64,000 nucleotides of DNA from Octopus vulgaris (taxonomy: Eukaryota). The DNA is taken from NCBI GenBank assembly GCA_951406725.2, contig OX597830.1, positions 63,302,001 through 63,366,000 of the forward strand. The letters are read 5' to 3'. The position numbers were made by a program, and so were the translations under genes. Within the stretch, counting starts at the first letter, position 1; every line of letters starts with the position of its first letter. The notes beneath the pieces were generated by a model. The model searched no databases. It was not told the DNA's origin and worked only from the letters and a program-made list of their open reading frames with translations. This document shows positions 27,179 to 42,370 of the stretch, piece after piece.

Positions 27179-27718
27179 TTAACACTTTAGCATTAAAACC
27201 AGGTATATCCACCCAAAATATTATGCCTGCTTTATCTTCAAACTGGCCAGATCTGGCCTATCACTCCTAATTTATTTATTTATGTGCCCCTTTCAAGCCT
27301 AGCCAGGCTCATGGGCCCGGTTTCTGTGGCGTATGTGTTCCCCCCATCTGGATGGGATGCCAGTCCATTGCAGTGTTACTCAAGAAACATGAAGAAAGAG
27401 TGAGAGAAAGTTGTGGTGAAAGATTACAACAGTGGTCGCCACCACCCCTGCCGGAGCCTCATGGAGCTTTAGGTGTTTTCGCTTAATAAACACACACAAC
27501 GCCCGATCTGGGAATCGAAACCGCGATCCTCCAACCGCGAATCCGCTGCCCTAACCATTGGGCCATTGGGCCTCCACACCACTCCTAATGTCCTTCTAAA
27601 AATAAACAATCACATCATCAAAAATCTTGAAACTACAAGACAATTCATGATTAACTCAAAACAATGTGAATGAATAAGAAATACATTTGACAGAATAATC
27701 TGAATGCTAAAGAGTTAA
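27179..27718. mobile_element. piggyBac-type (TTAA) MITE interrupted by a SINE
   Basis: TTAA-CACTTTAGCATT ... AATGCTAAAGAG-TTAA. The body matches 56711-56927. Confidence 0.7.
27272..27579 (-). mobile_element. tRNA-derived SINE (family C, tail variant 1) with 10-bp TSD
   Basis: Minus strand begins GGAGGCCCAATGGCCCAATGGTTAGGGCAGCGG...GGTTTCGATTCCCAG (A/B boxes) and ends (TAAA)n. CACTCCTAAT occurs at 27262-27271 and 27580-27589. Confidence 0.88.
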
Positions 27719-28789
27719 GGGAGTGTGTGTGTGTGTGTGTGTGACGTATCTACCCAGGCACACACACAGTGTTTGATAGTGGGAGGAAGAGATTAAATTT
27801 CATGTGTTAATATGTCATCCAGTATGTTTACATTCTATTTTCAACAAGTTAACCCTTTCAAAGTCTACAACTGGTAATTGCAACTACTATGTTTAAATCC
27901 TGCTGTTGTTGTATTAAACGACTCACAGTCCACATTTGATAATGAGCGACATTATCTACGTTACAATTATACTAGTTTGCTAGTAAAAGTTTGAAGTCAC
28001 TACATTAACCCTTCTATTGACTCCATTTACTGCTACTTACAAAACAACAACAGCTACAACAACAACATACCTTCATTATTGTGACATTTATAAATAATTA
28101 AAAATAAAAGAGTGTGAAGTAATTATGTATGCTATCAAATACAACATGCATGATCATCATCATCATCATCATAATTTAACATCCGTTTTTCCACTCTTGT
28201 GTAGGTCAGACAGAAATTGTTGAGGTAGATTTATCTATGGCTGCATGTGCTTCCTGTTGCCGATCCTCACCTGTTTCAAGCCAGGTAATATTTTCGCAAA
28301 AGAACTGGAAATGAACAAATTTGCTTGTATGATGATGATGATGCTCATTTACAACCATCATGTGATGTCTAGGCAAAGGTACACACGCATGCATATTCAC
28401 ACATACACTCTGTGTCATGTATACAACAGGGCTTCCGTCAGTTTCCAGCTATCAAATAAACTCTCAAGCCCTAAGCTCACTTAGGCTTTTGTAGAAGACA
28501 TTTGCCCAAGGTGCTGCAAGATGGAACTGAACCCAAGACCACATGGTTCAGAAAGCAAGCAAAGTTCTTAAACGCATAACCATACCTGCACTTATTTAAT
28601 GAAATATTCTTAAAATACAGAGTGACCTAAATGTGTAGGATAACCCAGCAGATGTATATAATACCAGAATTACACAAATGAGAGAAGAATCACATGAGTT
28701 TGATAAAAACTAAATCTGAAAGCAAATTGAGCAAAACACATACACACACATATATACGAAGAAGAAATATAAAGAAAAACATTTACTTA

Positions 28790-29230
<441 letters not shown>

Positions 29231-29907
29231 CTAAAAATAATTTGTTATATCAGTTCATTTGGTGGAGAACTGAAAACTCTTATCTAATGACACTTATAAT
29301 GTCTGATGCCTCTCTCTCTCTTTTTCTCTCTCTTACTATGATGGAGACATTTGTGACTGCTATCAACCAAATGTCATGACTGGCATTAACATTGTATTAA
29401 CTTTAAAACTCATTTGGCCATTATCTAGTGTAAACAGGGAATACAATGACATAATTACAAAAATCAAGATGTAGGTAGAATTTTCACAAGACAAAGGAGT
29501 TATATATATCATCAGCATCATCATCGTTTAATGTCTGCCTTCCATGCTAGCATGGGTGGGACAGTTTGACAAGAGCCAGCCATGCAGAAGCCTACACCAG
29601 ACTTCTGTAACTGCTTTGGCAAGATTTTTACAGCTGGATGCCCTTCCAAACACCACCACTCAGTAGAGTGGACTTAGTGTTTCTTACATGGCACAAGCAC
29701 GAGTGAGGTTAGTTTTGGCAAAGTTTTTACAGCTGGATGCCCTTTCAAACGCCAAGCACTTTTACAGTGTGGACTGGGCGCTTTTAAGTGGCACTTGCAC
29801 TCACAGGGCCACCAAGTACTTGCAAGACAAAAATAAAATAAAAAAAACTTGGGGGGGGGGGATTGGAAAAGATGGAAGGCTATAGTGAGACAGAAACAGG
29901 AGTCTTG

Positions 29908-29952
<45 letters not shown>

Positions 29953-30364
29953 ATGTCAAGAATTTTATAAACTTTTGAGATAACAGGAAATAATTCTTTT
30001 TTGGAATGGTTCTTGAAGTTCACAAAGTGACAGATAATAGCATGCAAATATTAATGGTTGTTTTTAATGTTAAGCTAGATATAAAAAACAATTTAACATG
30101 AAACAGAAGAATTACTCAATGCTTTTTAGTAGCGTACATGGTTATTAAACTTTTATAAGAAGGGTGGCAGTGAGTTCAAAGTTCCAGCCTGCTAACCTTC
30201 ATCAGACTTTGTGTGTGTGTGTGTGTGTGCTGCTCAGTTTGTCCTATCTGAAGAAATGGCTGTATGTTGCAGTAACTAGAGCCTAAAAGGCTTAAATAAC
30301 CTCTACCTTTGTATTGAGAGTACTCCTTAGGATTATTACCCAACAAATATGTGTGGTGTATATA

Positions 30365-30841
30365 TGAGGTATGTTCAAAAAGCATCTGACTTTATTTTTT
30401 TCCTGCAAAAACTAATGTTGTGTGGGCAAAACCCTTTGGGTGAGAGGTGCCACCCTTCTTGTGCATGTATGAACATTTTTGCACTGGTAGGTTGCATCAG
30501 GTCCTGGTTGTTATGTCTAGACTACCGACATGTAGTGTGTGTGCTTGTCAGATTTTTGTTTTCATGCAAGATGACCAAACGCATCAAGCAGAGGCCATGA
30601 ACCCAGGTCTCATCACCAGTGATGATGCTCTTCACGAAGTCTAGGTTGTGGTTTGCACAGTCCAGCATGTCCCGAGTGATTTCCATGTGGAGTTGTTTCT
30701 GCTGCTCTGCCAGCATCTTGGGGATGAATTTCACTGACACCCTGCACATGCATGAAATCTCCTTTAAAATGTAATGGACTGATCCTGTGCGTATTCCTAC
30801 TTCATGAGTAATTTCTTAGATTGTTACATGATGGTCTTTTG
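30365..30841 (-). mobile_element. Rearranged mariner transposon relic
   Basis: Minus strand 30841-30593 reads DHHVTI*EITHEVGIRTGSVHYILKE..CRVSVKFIPKMLAEQQKQLHMEITRDML...FVKSIITGDETWVHG (HTH, WVPR-like linker, first catalytic Asp). A TIR-like TA|TGAGGTATGTTCAAAAAG starts at 30365. Confidence 0.85.
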
Positions 30842-31367
30842 TCATCGTCGTTGTCGTTTAACGTCTGCTTTCCATGCTGGCATGGGTTGGACAGTTTGAC
30901 CGAGGGCTGGTGAGCCAGAAGGCTGCACAAGGCTCCAATTTGATCTGGCAAAGTTTCTATAGCTGGATGCCCTTCCTAATGCCAACCACTCCAAGAGTGT
31001 AGTGAGTGCTTTTATGTGCCACTGGCACGAGGGCCAGTCAGCCAGTACTGGCATTGGCCATACTCAAATGGTGCATTTTATGTGCCACCTACACAGGAGC
31101 CAGTCTGGCGGCACTGGCAATGACCACGCCTGAATGGTGCTTTTTACGTGCCACCGGCATGGGAGACAGTCAGCGACCCTAGCAATGATCAAGCTCGAAT
31201 GGTGATTTTAACGTTCCACTGGCACGGGTGCCAATCAGGTGGTACTCTCATTGGCCACAACAGTGATTTCACTTGCCTCAACAGGTCTTTGCAAGTGTAG
31301 TTTATTGTCCAATGATTGAAGGGTACTCTTAAATGGGCAGGTTTATACAGCACTGGCATAGGCCACC
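30842..31367 (-). mobile_element. RTE LINE 3' UTR (related subfamily) abutting the mariner relic
   Basis: Reverse complement carries the RTE tail, several GGCACGTAAAAAGCACC-type internal repeats, and GACCTGTTGAGGCAAGTGAAATC, shared with about 56006-56030. Confidence 0.8.
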
Positions 31368-32871
31368 ATTAATTTCACTGTTCACTATTTTCCCTATTAT
31401 TACTATTGTTATTATCATTGTTGTTGTAACTGACATTATATGTTTTGTGTGATGTGCAACCCAGAAAGCATTCTTTTTGTTCTTTGCACCCCATCACAGT
31501 CCTCTCATGCTCTCTTTCTCTCTTCATTTTCCTTCCACGCCATTCTCCTCCTAGATTAACCCTATTGTCATTATTTACAAACTGGTGTATATAAAAGCCT
31601 CTATCTTTCTTTGTGCCACATTTTCGCCAAGTAATGAATGGGACTGTCGGCATTTGTTCACATAACTGGGTTTTATGCTCAACAAACTGATGTCTACCAA
31701 TCTCGCAAATCATCATCATCATCATCATCATCACCGACTACGTTTTCTGTGTTTCTTTTTGACATTGAAAGCCACATGCTCACCACTACAAATCTATTGA
31801 GTTCAAATGATGCATGCAGATAGCTGCTTGTGCAACACTATGGAAGACAATAACACAAATTTCCACAGTGGTAATTAGTCATTATTTATTCAAAATTCAA
31901 TTACAACTTTTAAGTTCAGCAAGCTGGCCAAATTAATTAACTTGATGTAATGTTAGAACATTTAATTACCGCTTCACTGTTGACTAAATTCTTATCATGA
32001 TGGTTTGAGAGAATGTGAGAGTGTATTGTCTCATACTAACAGCATGTTGCTTATTGCTCCTTAAAATCATCTCATTTACTTCTCATACTCTGGCATGATA
32101 CTGAAAACCAATGACTTAGAGGTTTCGGTCAGTTTATGTTCACTTTCCCAAGCTTGCATTGTTTGGAAGGAGTTTATCAAGGCTGATTTTTCTACAGCTG
32201 AATGCCCTTCCTGCCACCAACCCTTACCTGTTTCCAAGCAAGGGAATATTCCCCAATGATCAGACAATGTTTTTGCAGAATATTGGAATAACAACCATGT
32301 GATGTCAAAGCAGAGAGACACATACACACATAAATATATACACATACACACAAATATATATATACATACACACACATACATACACATACAGATACACACA
32401 TACATATATATATATATACATATACATACACAAAAATATATTCTTTCTTTTTATCATTTAATAGCCACCCCCACTACCATTCTGCTATTGAACATTGATA
32501 TGTTAACGTCTTTTTTCTGGATATTTACACCATCCGGACTTTAACCTACATGGATTTATGCAGGATTGCACCTAAGGACTTATTTCTACAAGATCGGAAA
32601 GTTGAACTGTGAACTTTTGTGCTTCTTTTTTCTTCTCTTTCTTCATCTCCTTATTCCTTTACTCCTGTACTCTATGTTGTCATTACGTTTCTCATTTTCC
32701 CTATTTGTTTTGATGATGGAATATCCCATACTCTGAGATATCCCAGAAACAGCTGTAGGACTTTGAAACTTTTTTCCAATAATAATAATAATAATGCATA
32801 TGACTTGAGATGTTTGCCTTGCCTTAATGTTTGTTGTCCTCTTTAACAATTATATATATATACATATATAT

Positions 32872-33170
32872 CACCGTGACCGACCAGGCTGTCAGATTTT
32901 GCTACACATCGCTGGTCACAATGCGCTTCGCATTGTTTTAGCCTCCAAATGACGCCACCCCGCTAGCTAAGTGAGCAAGCCAACAGAAGAAAGAGTGAGA
33001 AAAAGTTGTGGCGAAAGAGTACAGCAGGGATTGCCACTACCCACTGTCGGAGCCTCGTGGAGCTTTAGGTGTTTTCGTTCAATAAACATTCACAATGCCC
33101 GGTCTAGGAATCGAAATCGCGATCCTACGACCGCGAGTCTGCTGCCCTAATCACTGGGCTATTGTGCCTC
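32872..33170 (-). mobile_element. tRNA-derived SINE (family C, tail variant 2)
   Basis: 32985-33170 matches 27391-27575; 32872-32984 is an unrelated tail. Confidence 0.85.
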
Positions 33171-34034
33171 CACACACACAAATATATACACACAAACAAG
33201 CTTCTTGTAGCTTCCACCAAACAAATCTACTCACAAGGCTTTGGTTAGCCTGAGACTGTAGTAGAAGACACTTGTCCAACATGCCACACAGTACAATTGA
33301 ACCCAAAACCAATTGGTTGAGAAGCAAACTTCTGAGCCTCACAGCCACACCTGTACCTATTTGAAATCATTTTGTAGAATTATAGTTTGAGAAATCTCTG
33401 AGATCCTTATCATGTTCTCTTTGTTTTATTTCTTTTTCTTCTTAATCCCCATATATTTGTAGTTTATATCTCCTCATCTAAACCCAAACCCAGTTTCAGT
33501 ACCTGCTGATTGTGAGTCAGTTTTCCCACTTCACATTGGTTGCTTTCTTCCAGCCCAACAATCAAGAAGGAATGGTTTCTATTTCTAAGTTGAAAGCATT
33601 CTTCTCTTTCAGCAGTCTAGTTCATTATATCTAGTTTCAAACGGTGTCATAAATCTCCTCAAATACAACCAGTAGCTACAAAGGAGAGTAATACAATAGT
33701 GACAATGGCACTGTTGTTGTCATCATTCTCTTCTTATGTTCTTAGAAACACTACCAGTCCGGATCCAAGATCCATCATCTGCATTCCCTTATACTCATCT
33801 TCTGGTGTCTTGACAGTATGCTCTGACTTGCTCATCACTACTATCTTTACTTTCTTTCCAGCTACTCCCACCAACCCATAAATATGGCTGTGTGGTAAGT
33901 AGCTTGCTTACCAACCACATGGTCCTGGATTCAGTCCCACTGCGTAGCATCTTGGGCAAGTGTCTTCTACTATAGCCTCAGGCCGACCAAAGCCTTGTGA
34001 GTGGATTTGGTAGATGGAAACTGAAAGAAGCCCA

Positions 34035-34407
34035 TCTCTCTCTATATAAACGGCAGTTTGTCTGTGTGTGTGTCTGTTAGGTTGTACCCTCACCCTGACC
34101 ACGGCTTTCAACCGATTCTGATGAAACTTGACACACACATAGCCCAATGTCATAATTCAAAACTAACGCAGCGAAAATTTTGAAAAGTTCCCCCAGTTCT
34201 GAAAAAAATCGATAAATCCGACATGGGGTCGAGAATCAGAAACACAAGCCACAGACTGTCTAGGGGACGCAACTCGACCTTTTTTACTCTCAAAAAAAAT
34301 TTACCATTTTTTCCCCATTTTTTTGCTATTTTTTGGCTATAACTCTCTAAAAATGCTTTATAGTTATTTCCCTTACAAACCCGAGCAACGCCGGGCGATA
34401 CTGCTAG
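34035..34407 (+). mobile_element. Non-autonomous Helitron inserted in a family-B SINE
   Basis: 5' TC(TC)nTATATAA, subterminal hairpin CCCGAGCAACGCCGGG, 3' CTAG. Inserted between A and T with no TSD; removal restores the SINE sequence GAAGCCCA|TTGTATAT. Confidence 0.88.
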
Positions 34408-35497
34408 TTGTATATAAATATGTGTGTGTGTCTATAACTGAAACCAATAATATATATATATATTTATATACACATATAAATATCTCAGGGTAAGCTGTAT
34501 TTCCTCTATAACAAGACACCTGTGCTTGTCCAACTATCATACTTTAGCCTTTCAACACCTGCGTAATGCCACCTAACCCTCTTTCAAATATACCTCCACT
34601 CAGTTGAGGGGCCCCTTTCTCTTCTTGCTCTGAAAGTTACTCAGTGACCTCTCTGGTGTTGGTGTCATGAAAAAGGCACCCAATATATTATGCAAAAGGG
34701 TTGGCAGTAGAAAAGGCATCCAGCCACAGATACCATGCCAAAACTGATACAGAGCTTGATGCACTCCTGCAAACAGTCAACCCTCCCGTTCCATGCCAAC
34801 ATTGAAAATGGATGTTAAATGATAAGGATGATGATTATCAACATGACAATACTCACTTGATCATTTTTATTGATTGAAATGTAGGGGTTTTTTTTGTCTT
34901 TTGTGAAGTTAGGCTTACTGGTCACACCACTCCTAATGCATTTAAAAGAGTAGAATCCCTATTACTTGTCTATGTGCAACCCTGCTGTTTTACAAAATGC
35001 TTTACCACTTTTTCTGTCATTAGAGAGTCATTTAAATAGTGATTGAATATTGTTTTGCGAGCAGGGTCTCATTAACACAGCAATAGTTGCAACAACATAA
35101 AATTAAAACACCAAAAAAAAAAAGAAACAAAAAAAAGAAAAAGAAAAGTTCAAGACTGATAAAAATAAATATAATTAAATGAAAAAAGAACTTTTGAGAA
35201 AAATATAAAAAAATTACTTTAAAACATTAATGAATAGAAATTCAATTGTGACTCCTAAAAACAAATAACAATAATAATAATGAGGATGAGGCTGAGGATA
35301 ATAATAATAATAACTAATGGCTAATAAAAGCCAATTGAATTATTGAAATCTTCATTAACACATATATTTATAGCTGTCAGTTCCTCAGCAATTATAGAAG
35401 CGGCCATGTTGGCTCACGTACTACAGTACAATGTGAGAGATTCAGTAATTAACTCAAGACATTACAAGCATGACTATATAATTTGGATCCCAGAAAT

Positions 35498-35536
<39 letters not shown>

Positions 35537-37299
35537 TATTTGTAACAGTGGAAAACCTACAGAACTGCAGTTCATGTGATCTGTAAAAGGTGCTGAGAGC
35601 AATGCATATACATACATACATACATACACACATGCATGCATACAAAGATGGTTGTGTATATGAGAGATATTTAGCCAGGAAATTCTGAAAAGCCTAATTT
35701 GTTATGGTTTAAGTAGGAGAAGCAGAATGTTATGAGAGTGTATTATACTTCTTTCGGAAGTGCTAGGATGTATCCTCTTAGAACATGAGAATAGAAGCAT
35801 ATAAAGTAAAAAAACTGGTGAGTGCCTGGTATTTTTTGTTGGTTCTGTAGAGAAAACCATGTTTGAAGTCTATTCTAGCAATTCTGGGAAAACAAGGGTG
35901 TTTGAAACAAAAACTGCTTGAAGCAGTGGACCATAATGTACTGTTTATCTTTTTTAACTTATTTGTTTTAGTCATTAGACTGGCCATGCTGGGGCATCAC
36001 CTCGAACAATTTTAGTTGAGTGAATTGACACCAGTACTTATAACTTTTTAGCAAAGCCTGATACTTATTTTATTGGTCTCTTTTGCCAAACCGCTAAGTT
36101 ACAAGCATGTAAACACACCAACACTGGTTGTCAAGCGGTGCTGGGGGACAAACACACAGGACAGGCTTCTTTCAGTTTCTGTTAACCAAATCCACTCACA
36201 TGGCTTTGGTCAGCCTGAGGCTATAGTAGAAGATGCCCTAAATGTCATACAGTGAGACTGAACCCAGAACCATGTAGTTGGGAAGCAAACTTCTTTGGCA
36301 CACAGCCATGCCTGTGCAGAGAAATTTTAAACTTTAATTGTTCCATGATAAATGTAGGAGTGACACTGTTAGTTTTCTTGATATAAATATCATAGATATG
36401 TCTTCTTGTCAATAAATTATCTGTCCTTCTCCACCCACACTCATTGGACAATATAACAAAGGTCAACATTAATGAAACAATTCATGCCTGACAGGAGCTG
36501 CTGGTATCAGCAATGCACTAAATGTTTGATTCAAAAGAAGAAGGTGGACTGTGAAATCTGTTAAGGAATGATATAGCTTGTGGTGAATAATATAAGGTTA
36601 ATGACCACTCACTGCTAGGCACAGGGGTCCTTAATATAGATTAAAGATACAAGAGAAAGTCGAATTTTCTCTTACTAATGAACCCCTTGCAGTAATAATT
36701 TTTATAGCGACTAAATATTGTTGGTTAATGTCAGTGTGCCAGAGTTTCCAGGTTTTGAAAACTGCCTTATTCAGTGAAGCTGCGTATCTTACATAATGAG
36801 TGTGTGTGAGAGGCGGGGAGGAGGAATGGTATGCTTCCATTATGGTTTGGCTTGTTTCATATAATTTCTTTGGTCATTGTTCTGAGCAACAGAATAAATT
36901 TTGACAACTGGGAAGTTTGAGGAAGAAATAAAGTTTCAGTAAATATGGAAGTACAGTAGCTAACTAATAGTGTTTGATTAAGGGTAAAGGTAAATGCAGA
37001 AATGTTGATTTTGGTACTGGAGTCAAGTAGAAAGTCAAGGGTTGGTTTAGGGAGTATGTTAAAAAAGGAGTCAGCGACACAAATGCAAGAAGATATTTGT
37101 GTATAAAGTGGGGGATCATGGAAGTATTAGGAACATTGAAATAATTAAGATTATCTTGAAGAGTAAATATTTTCATTAATAACCTCTAAGCAAGGTGACA
37201 TATTAGGTAGACTTAGAAGAATCTAGGGAGTAACGTTATGTGGTGGGGTGCATAGCTCAGAGATCAAGGAGATTCTCCATGTCAAGCCACTGCCTCTCT

Positions 37300-37575
37300 G
37301 CATTGAGAGGTCACAGCTCTGGTACTATGGACATGTGAATAGAATGTCGCAGGAAAGAATAGCATGATGGATTCTTCAAGCTGAGCCAACTGGCAGGAGA
37401 CCAACAGATAAACCAAAAACAAGACAGATGGACAATAGCGATAGCCTCAAGTTGGTCATACTTGGGAATCCAACCAGAAAGTGTAATGATGGTTGCTTCT
37501 GACAGCATCCTATGGAGGAGGTACATGAGGACCATACCCTGTGACTCTCTCAGAAACAGAGACTGAAGGTGGATG
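37300..37575 (+). mobile_element. Degraded 3' end of a different RTE-like LINE ORF
   Basis: Remnants such as ERIA.WILQAEPTGRRP..KPKTR, WSYLGIQPE and VASD..LWRR. Confidence 0.55.
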
Positions 37576-40500
37576 GTGAGAGCAGATAATTTTAAAGAAA
37601 GAGACTGTCAACTAGTCCCGTATGGTTTGATGTATATCAGGAGTAATGGACTAAACGGATTCCCAACCAAGATATTGCCACAACTGTTAATGTAGAATAT
37701 ATAGCTGGGGTAGTTGTGGTGAGGTAGTAAAGCAGGATGAGTGTTTCTTTTAAATAAACATAAAGGGAGTGGATTGGTTGCAGGAGATGGTTTACACTGA
37801 GTCAAAAGTTAATATGAATGCTGTGTGTGTGTGTGTGTGTGTGTTTACACAGAATATGTATGTCTGAAATGAATGAAATAGTCATACAATTGGTTTGGTT
37901 ATATTATTTATAGTGGTGATGGAAGTGATGGTGGTTTAGTCATTGAAAAATGAGGCGAACCCCGCAAAAACGAAGAGGTTTGTAAACTTGATACAATCTC
38001 TAGATGGAATTGTGTTCCTCCTGATCTTTGACTAATTGAGGGGGTGGAGTCCAGTTACTTACAATGTTGAAGGATTTTATTCTAATAATAGAAAAAGTTT
38101 GGAGCTTTGTCAAGTGGCAGGCTATCACTGGGATCTTTTTCCAATTACATCATTTTGGTGACTACTCTTGTGAACATATAGTCCGGCTGTTGTAGGCTGA
38201 AAGTCAAGAACTAAACAATGCTTGTTCACACTACTCTATGTCCTGTGTACTTTCATTGAAACCACTAAAACACAATCACACACACACACACACACAAACA
38301 CATGCTTGTACATATACACTTTCTGCATGTGAGTATCTAATCACCATCATTTAATGCCAGTTTTCCATGCTGGGATGGGTTGCAGACACATATTTGTTAA
38401 TGTGTATTAGTTATGCTGTGGTGGGGTAGGTGAGTAAATATAAACATTAAATTTGTTTTCTCTGGTTTCTATGTTACATGTCTGGGCAACCTATGTATAT
38501 GTATATAAACACATGCACGTGTGTGCACACACACACACACATACACATTGTAAATATATGAAGAAAACAGTGCAGAGGGGAAAAGAAATATTTCTAATTT
38601 TCAGACACCCAACAAACATGGAATATTGTTACATTTTAGAGAGAACATATTGAGAAAGATTGTAATCATTATTTGAAGGACACGTAGGGGTTTCAGATTG
38701 CATGGAACATTAGGAACTCTCAATGAACAAATACCATGACCCAGCTTTAATTCTCAGTTAGAGCCACTTAATTTAAATCACACCCCTACTGCTATGTTCT
38801 CCTTAAAAACTGTTCAAAATAGAACCCCCCACCCAAAAACACCCCCCAAAATTATACTGTAAACAAACAAAGAGTATAGGCACAGGCATGGCTGTGTGGT
38901 AAGAAGTTTGGTTCCCAACCACATGATTCTATGTTCAGTCCCACAGTGTGGAACTTTGAGGATGTATTTTCTACTATAGCCTCAGGCAGGCCTAAGCCTT
39001 GTGAATGGATTTGGTAGGCAGAAATTAAAACTAATATGTGTGTGTTTTTGTGTCTGTATTTGTCTCCCACCATTGCTTGACAATCAGTGTCAGTGTGTTT
39101 ATGTCCCCATACCTTAACAGTTCAGCAAAGGAGATCAATAGAATAAGTACTAGGTTAAAAAAAACCCAAAAAAACAAAGTACTTGGTTGATTCATTTGAC
39201 TAAAAATTCTTCAAGGCAGTGCACCAGCATGGCCACAGTATGATGACTGAAACAATTAAAAGAGAAACACAAAAGAGTAAACTTAATGCTCTTGTAGAGT
39301 AGGAATTTCAGTACACACATGTATTTATGTATATCATAGATTTCTGACAAGTTTCTACCAACCAAAGGTTCATAGTAGACACTTACCCAAGGTGCTGTGA
39401 TATGAGATGAAATTGAGAACCACACGGTTGCAAAAGAAACTTCTTAAACACACAGCCATTGCTGTACATCATCGTCATCATCATTTTACATCCATTTTCC
39501 ATGTTGACATGGGTTGGTTGGGTGTTATCACAATGCTAGTCACTTCTTATTGGGAGGTGTTGTTCCCATAAACTTGTACATGTTATTTGGTGGGGTTTCT
39601 ACGACTGGATGCCCTTCTAATCACCAACCAGTTTACACAGTGTACTGGGTGTGTTTCATGGCACCAACACTAGTCAGGTTGAATAAAATGGACCATTTTT
39701 ATTTTACCTTTTAGCAATCAAATTATTCTGTCCAAAGCAAGGCTTATTTATCCACATTGTTTTGAGTTAATTATGCATTATGTCATAGCTTCAAGATTTC
39801 GATGATGTGATTGCTTATTTTTAGAATGACACTATAGGATAGGTATGGGACACCAAAAAACAGTTAGAATATTTGGCCAGATATGGCCAGTTTAAACACC
39901 AAAGAGCTAATTTACTTCTTTTTACTGGAAAACAATCAAATCCCCACAAAGATTTGAGGCACTTCACTTAGTTTGATTTCTCATAAACCAAAATGAACCT
40001 AATGAAAGAAATCGCCAGCATTCGGAGTACAACATGTAAAGCACCGATTGCTATGATATTTAATGTGTTGCTTGTATAGATGAGGGCATGATCTATAGGA
40101 ATAAATGTATGGTTAATTTGCAGAGCACCGTTGTGGTCTCAGGTCCAACCTTGGACAAGTGTCTTCCATATATATTATAGCCTTGGACCATCCAATAACT
40201 TTTAGTGGAATTGGTAAAAGGAAACTGAATGGAAGCCCATTGTATATGTTTATATATGAATGTGTGTGAAATTGTCATATTTACATTCCCAGTGAGCATC
40301 ACAATCTGCAACTCAGTGATTTCAAAGTATAATGGAATAATAAAAAAAGCCCTCACTTAAAAAACAAGGACTGGTGATAAAAAGAGTGTTCAGCAGTAAA
40401 TAAATACTGTCATAAATAAGTATCCACCTAACCTATGCTGGCATAGAAAAATGGAAGTAAAATAAACAAATGAATTGAAATAGTGCACAGTTACAATATA

Positions 40501-41392
40501 AATGTCTTTAACATACTCAAGGAGATGGAAGAAAATGAAAAGTTCAGAGTTATTGATCAGGTTTTATGGTGCTAAATGACAGACAAACCTTCATTTAACT
40601 GAAATGATGCAAAATAGAACAAAGTACCCTACCGGAGAGACATTACAAAAAGTGGATTTGAACATGAAGCCTATGAGCTGGTAGTCAAATATCTTATTCG
40701 TACAGCAATTTCACCTCAAGTTGGAGATAGTCGGCATCAATAAAACCATATACCAGAAATATGAAAATCGGCCAATTGGCCTTGTGTCGAAGTGAAAACA
40801 AAAAAATCAATATTTGGTATAATTTTAAATAAACAAATTCTTTTGAAGATATATAACTGTAACTTGTAAATATCGAATAGATATAATCTGGTTGGGGTAA
40901 AGGGGAGGGGAGGTGGGAGAATCTCATAGACATACACAGACACACAGACAGACGATACTTAAGCAGACACACTGTTGGTCGAATACATGTTCACACATGC
41001 ACAAATATATATTCACAATCATAGCAATACACATTATCTCTTTATCTCTTTCTCTCTCCCTTATATATATATATAAAATCTATGTATATATATAAATATA
41101 AAAAAATGTATGTATATATATATATATATATAACAGATGTTAAACGATGATGATGATATATATATATATATATGCTTCTCTCTCTCCCTCTCTCTCTCTG
41201 TATATATATATATATATATATATTGACACACACAAATTCATACATACATTACTATACACATGCACAGATACGCATAATCATACACACAATTACATAAAGC
41301 TGAAGAGCCTGTTTGGGTGAACTAAACAATTAAACAAACAAATAAATAATAAAGTAAAAGAATAAAAATAAATAACAATAACAACAACCATT

Positions 41393-41429
<37 letters not shown>

Positions 41430-41630
41430 GTAATAACAACAACAACAACAACAGTTGCTTCCGTAGTGAATTAGCAGTCAGTTTCATAATCAATATAATC
41501 ATATGTACTTGAGAATAACATTCAAATCGGACAACATGGCTGACTTCAGACAGTGCACACTTCAGAATTTATGTGAACGATAGGGAACAACAATGGCCAG
41601 GAATCGATTTGCTGAAAGTCACAGAGACGA

Positions 41631-42370
<740 letters not shown>

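Noticed and set aside
33085-33170. tRNA-like sequences with A and B boxes (also about 27500-27575 and other SINE heads)
   Set aside because: They continue into SINE bodies and tails, one with a TSD, and I could not fold a proper cloverleaf; not tRNA genes.
41510-41538. Minus-strand ATG TTG TCC GAT TTG AAT GTT ATT CTC AA|gtacat as another phase-2 upstream coding exon
   Set aside because: The donor is a poor match to consensus and the ORF is very short; no independent support.
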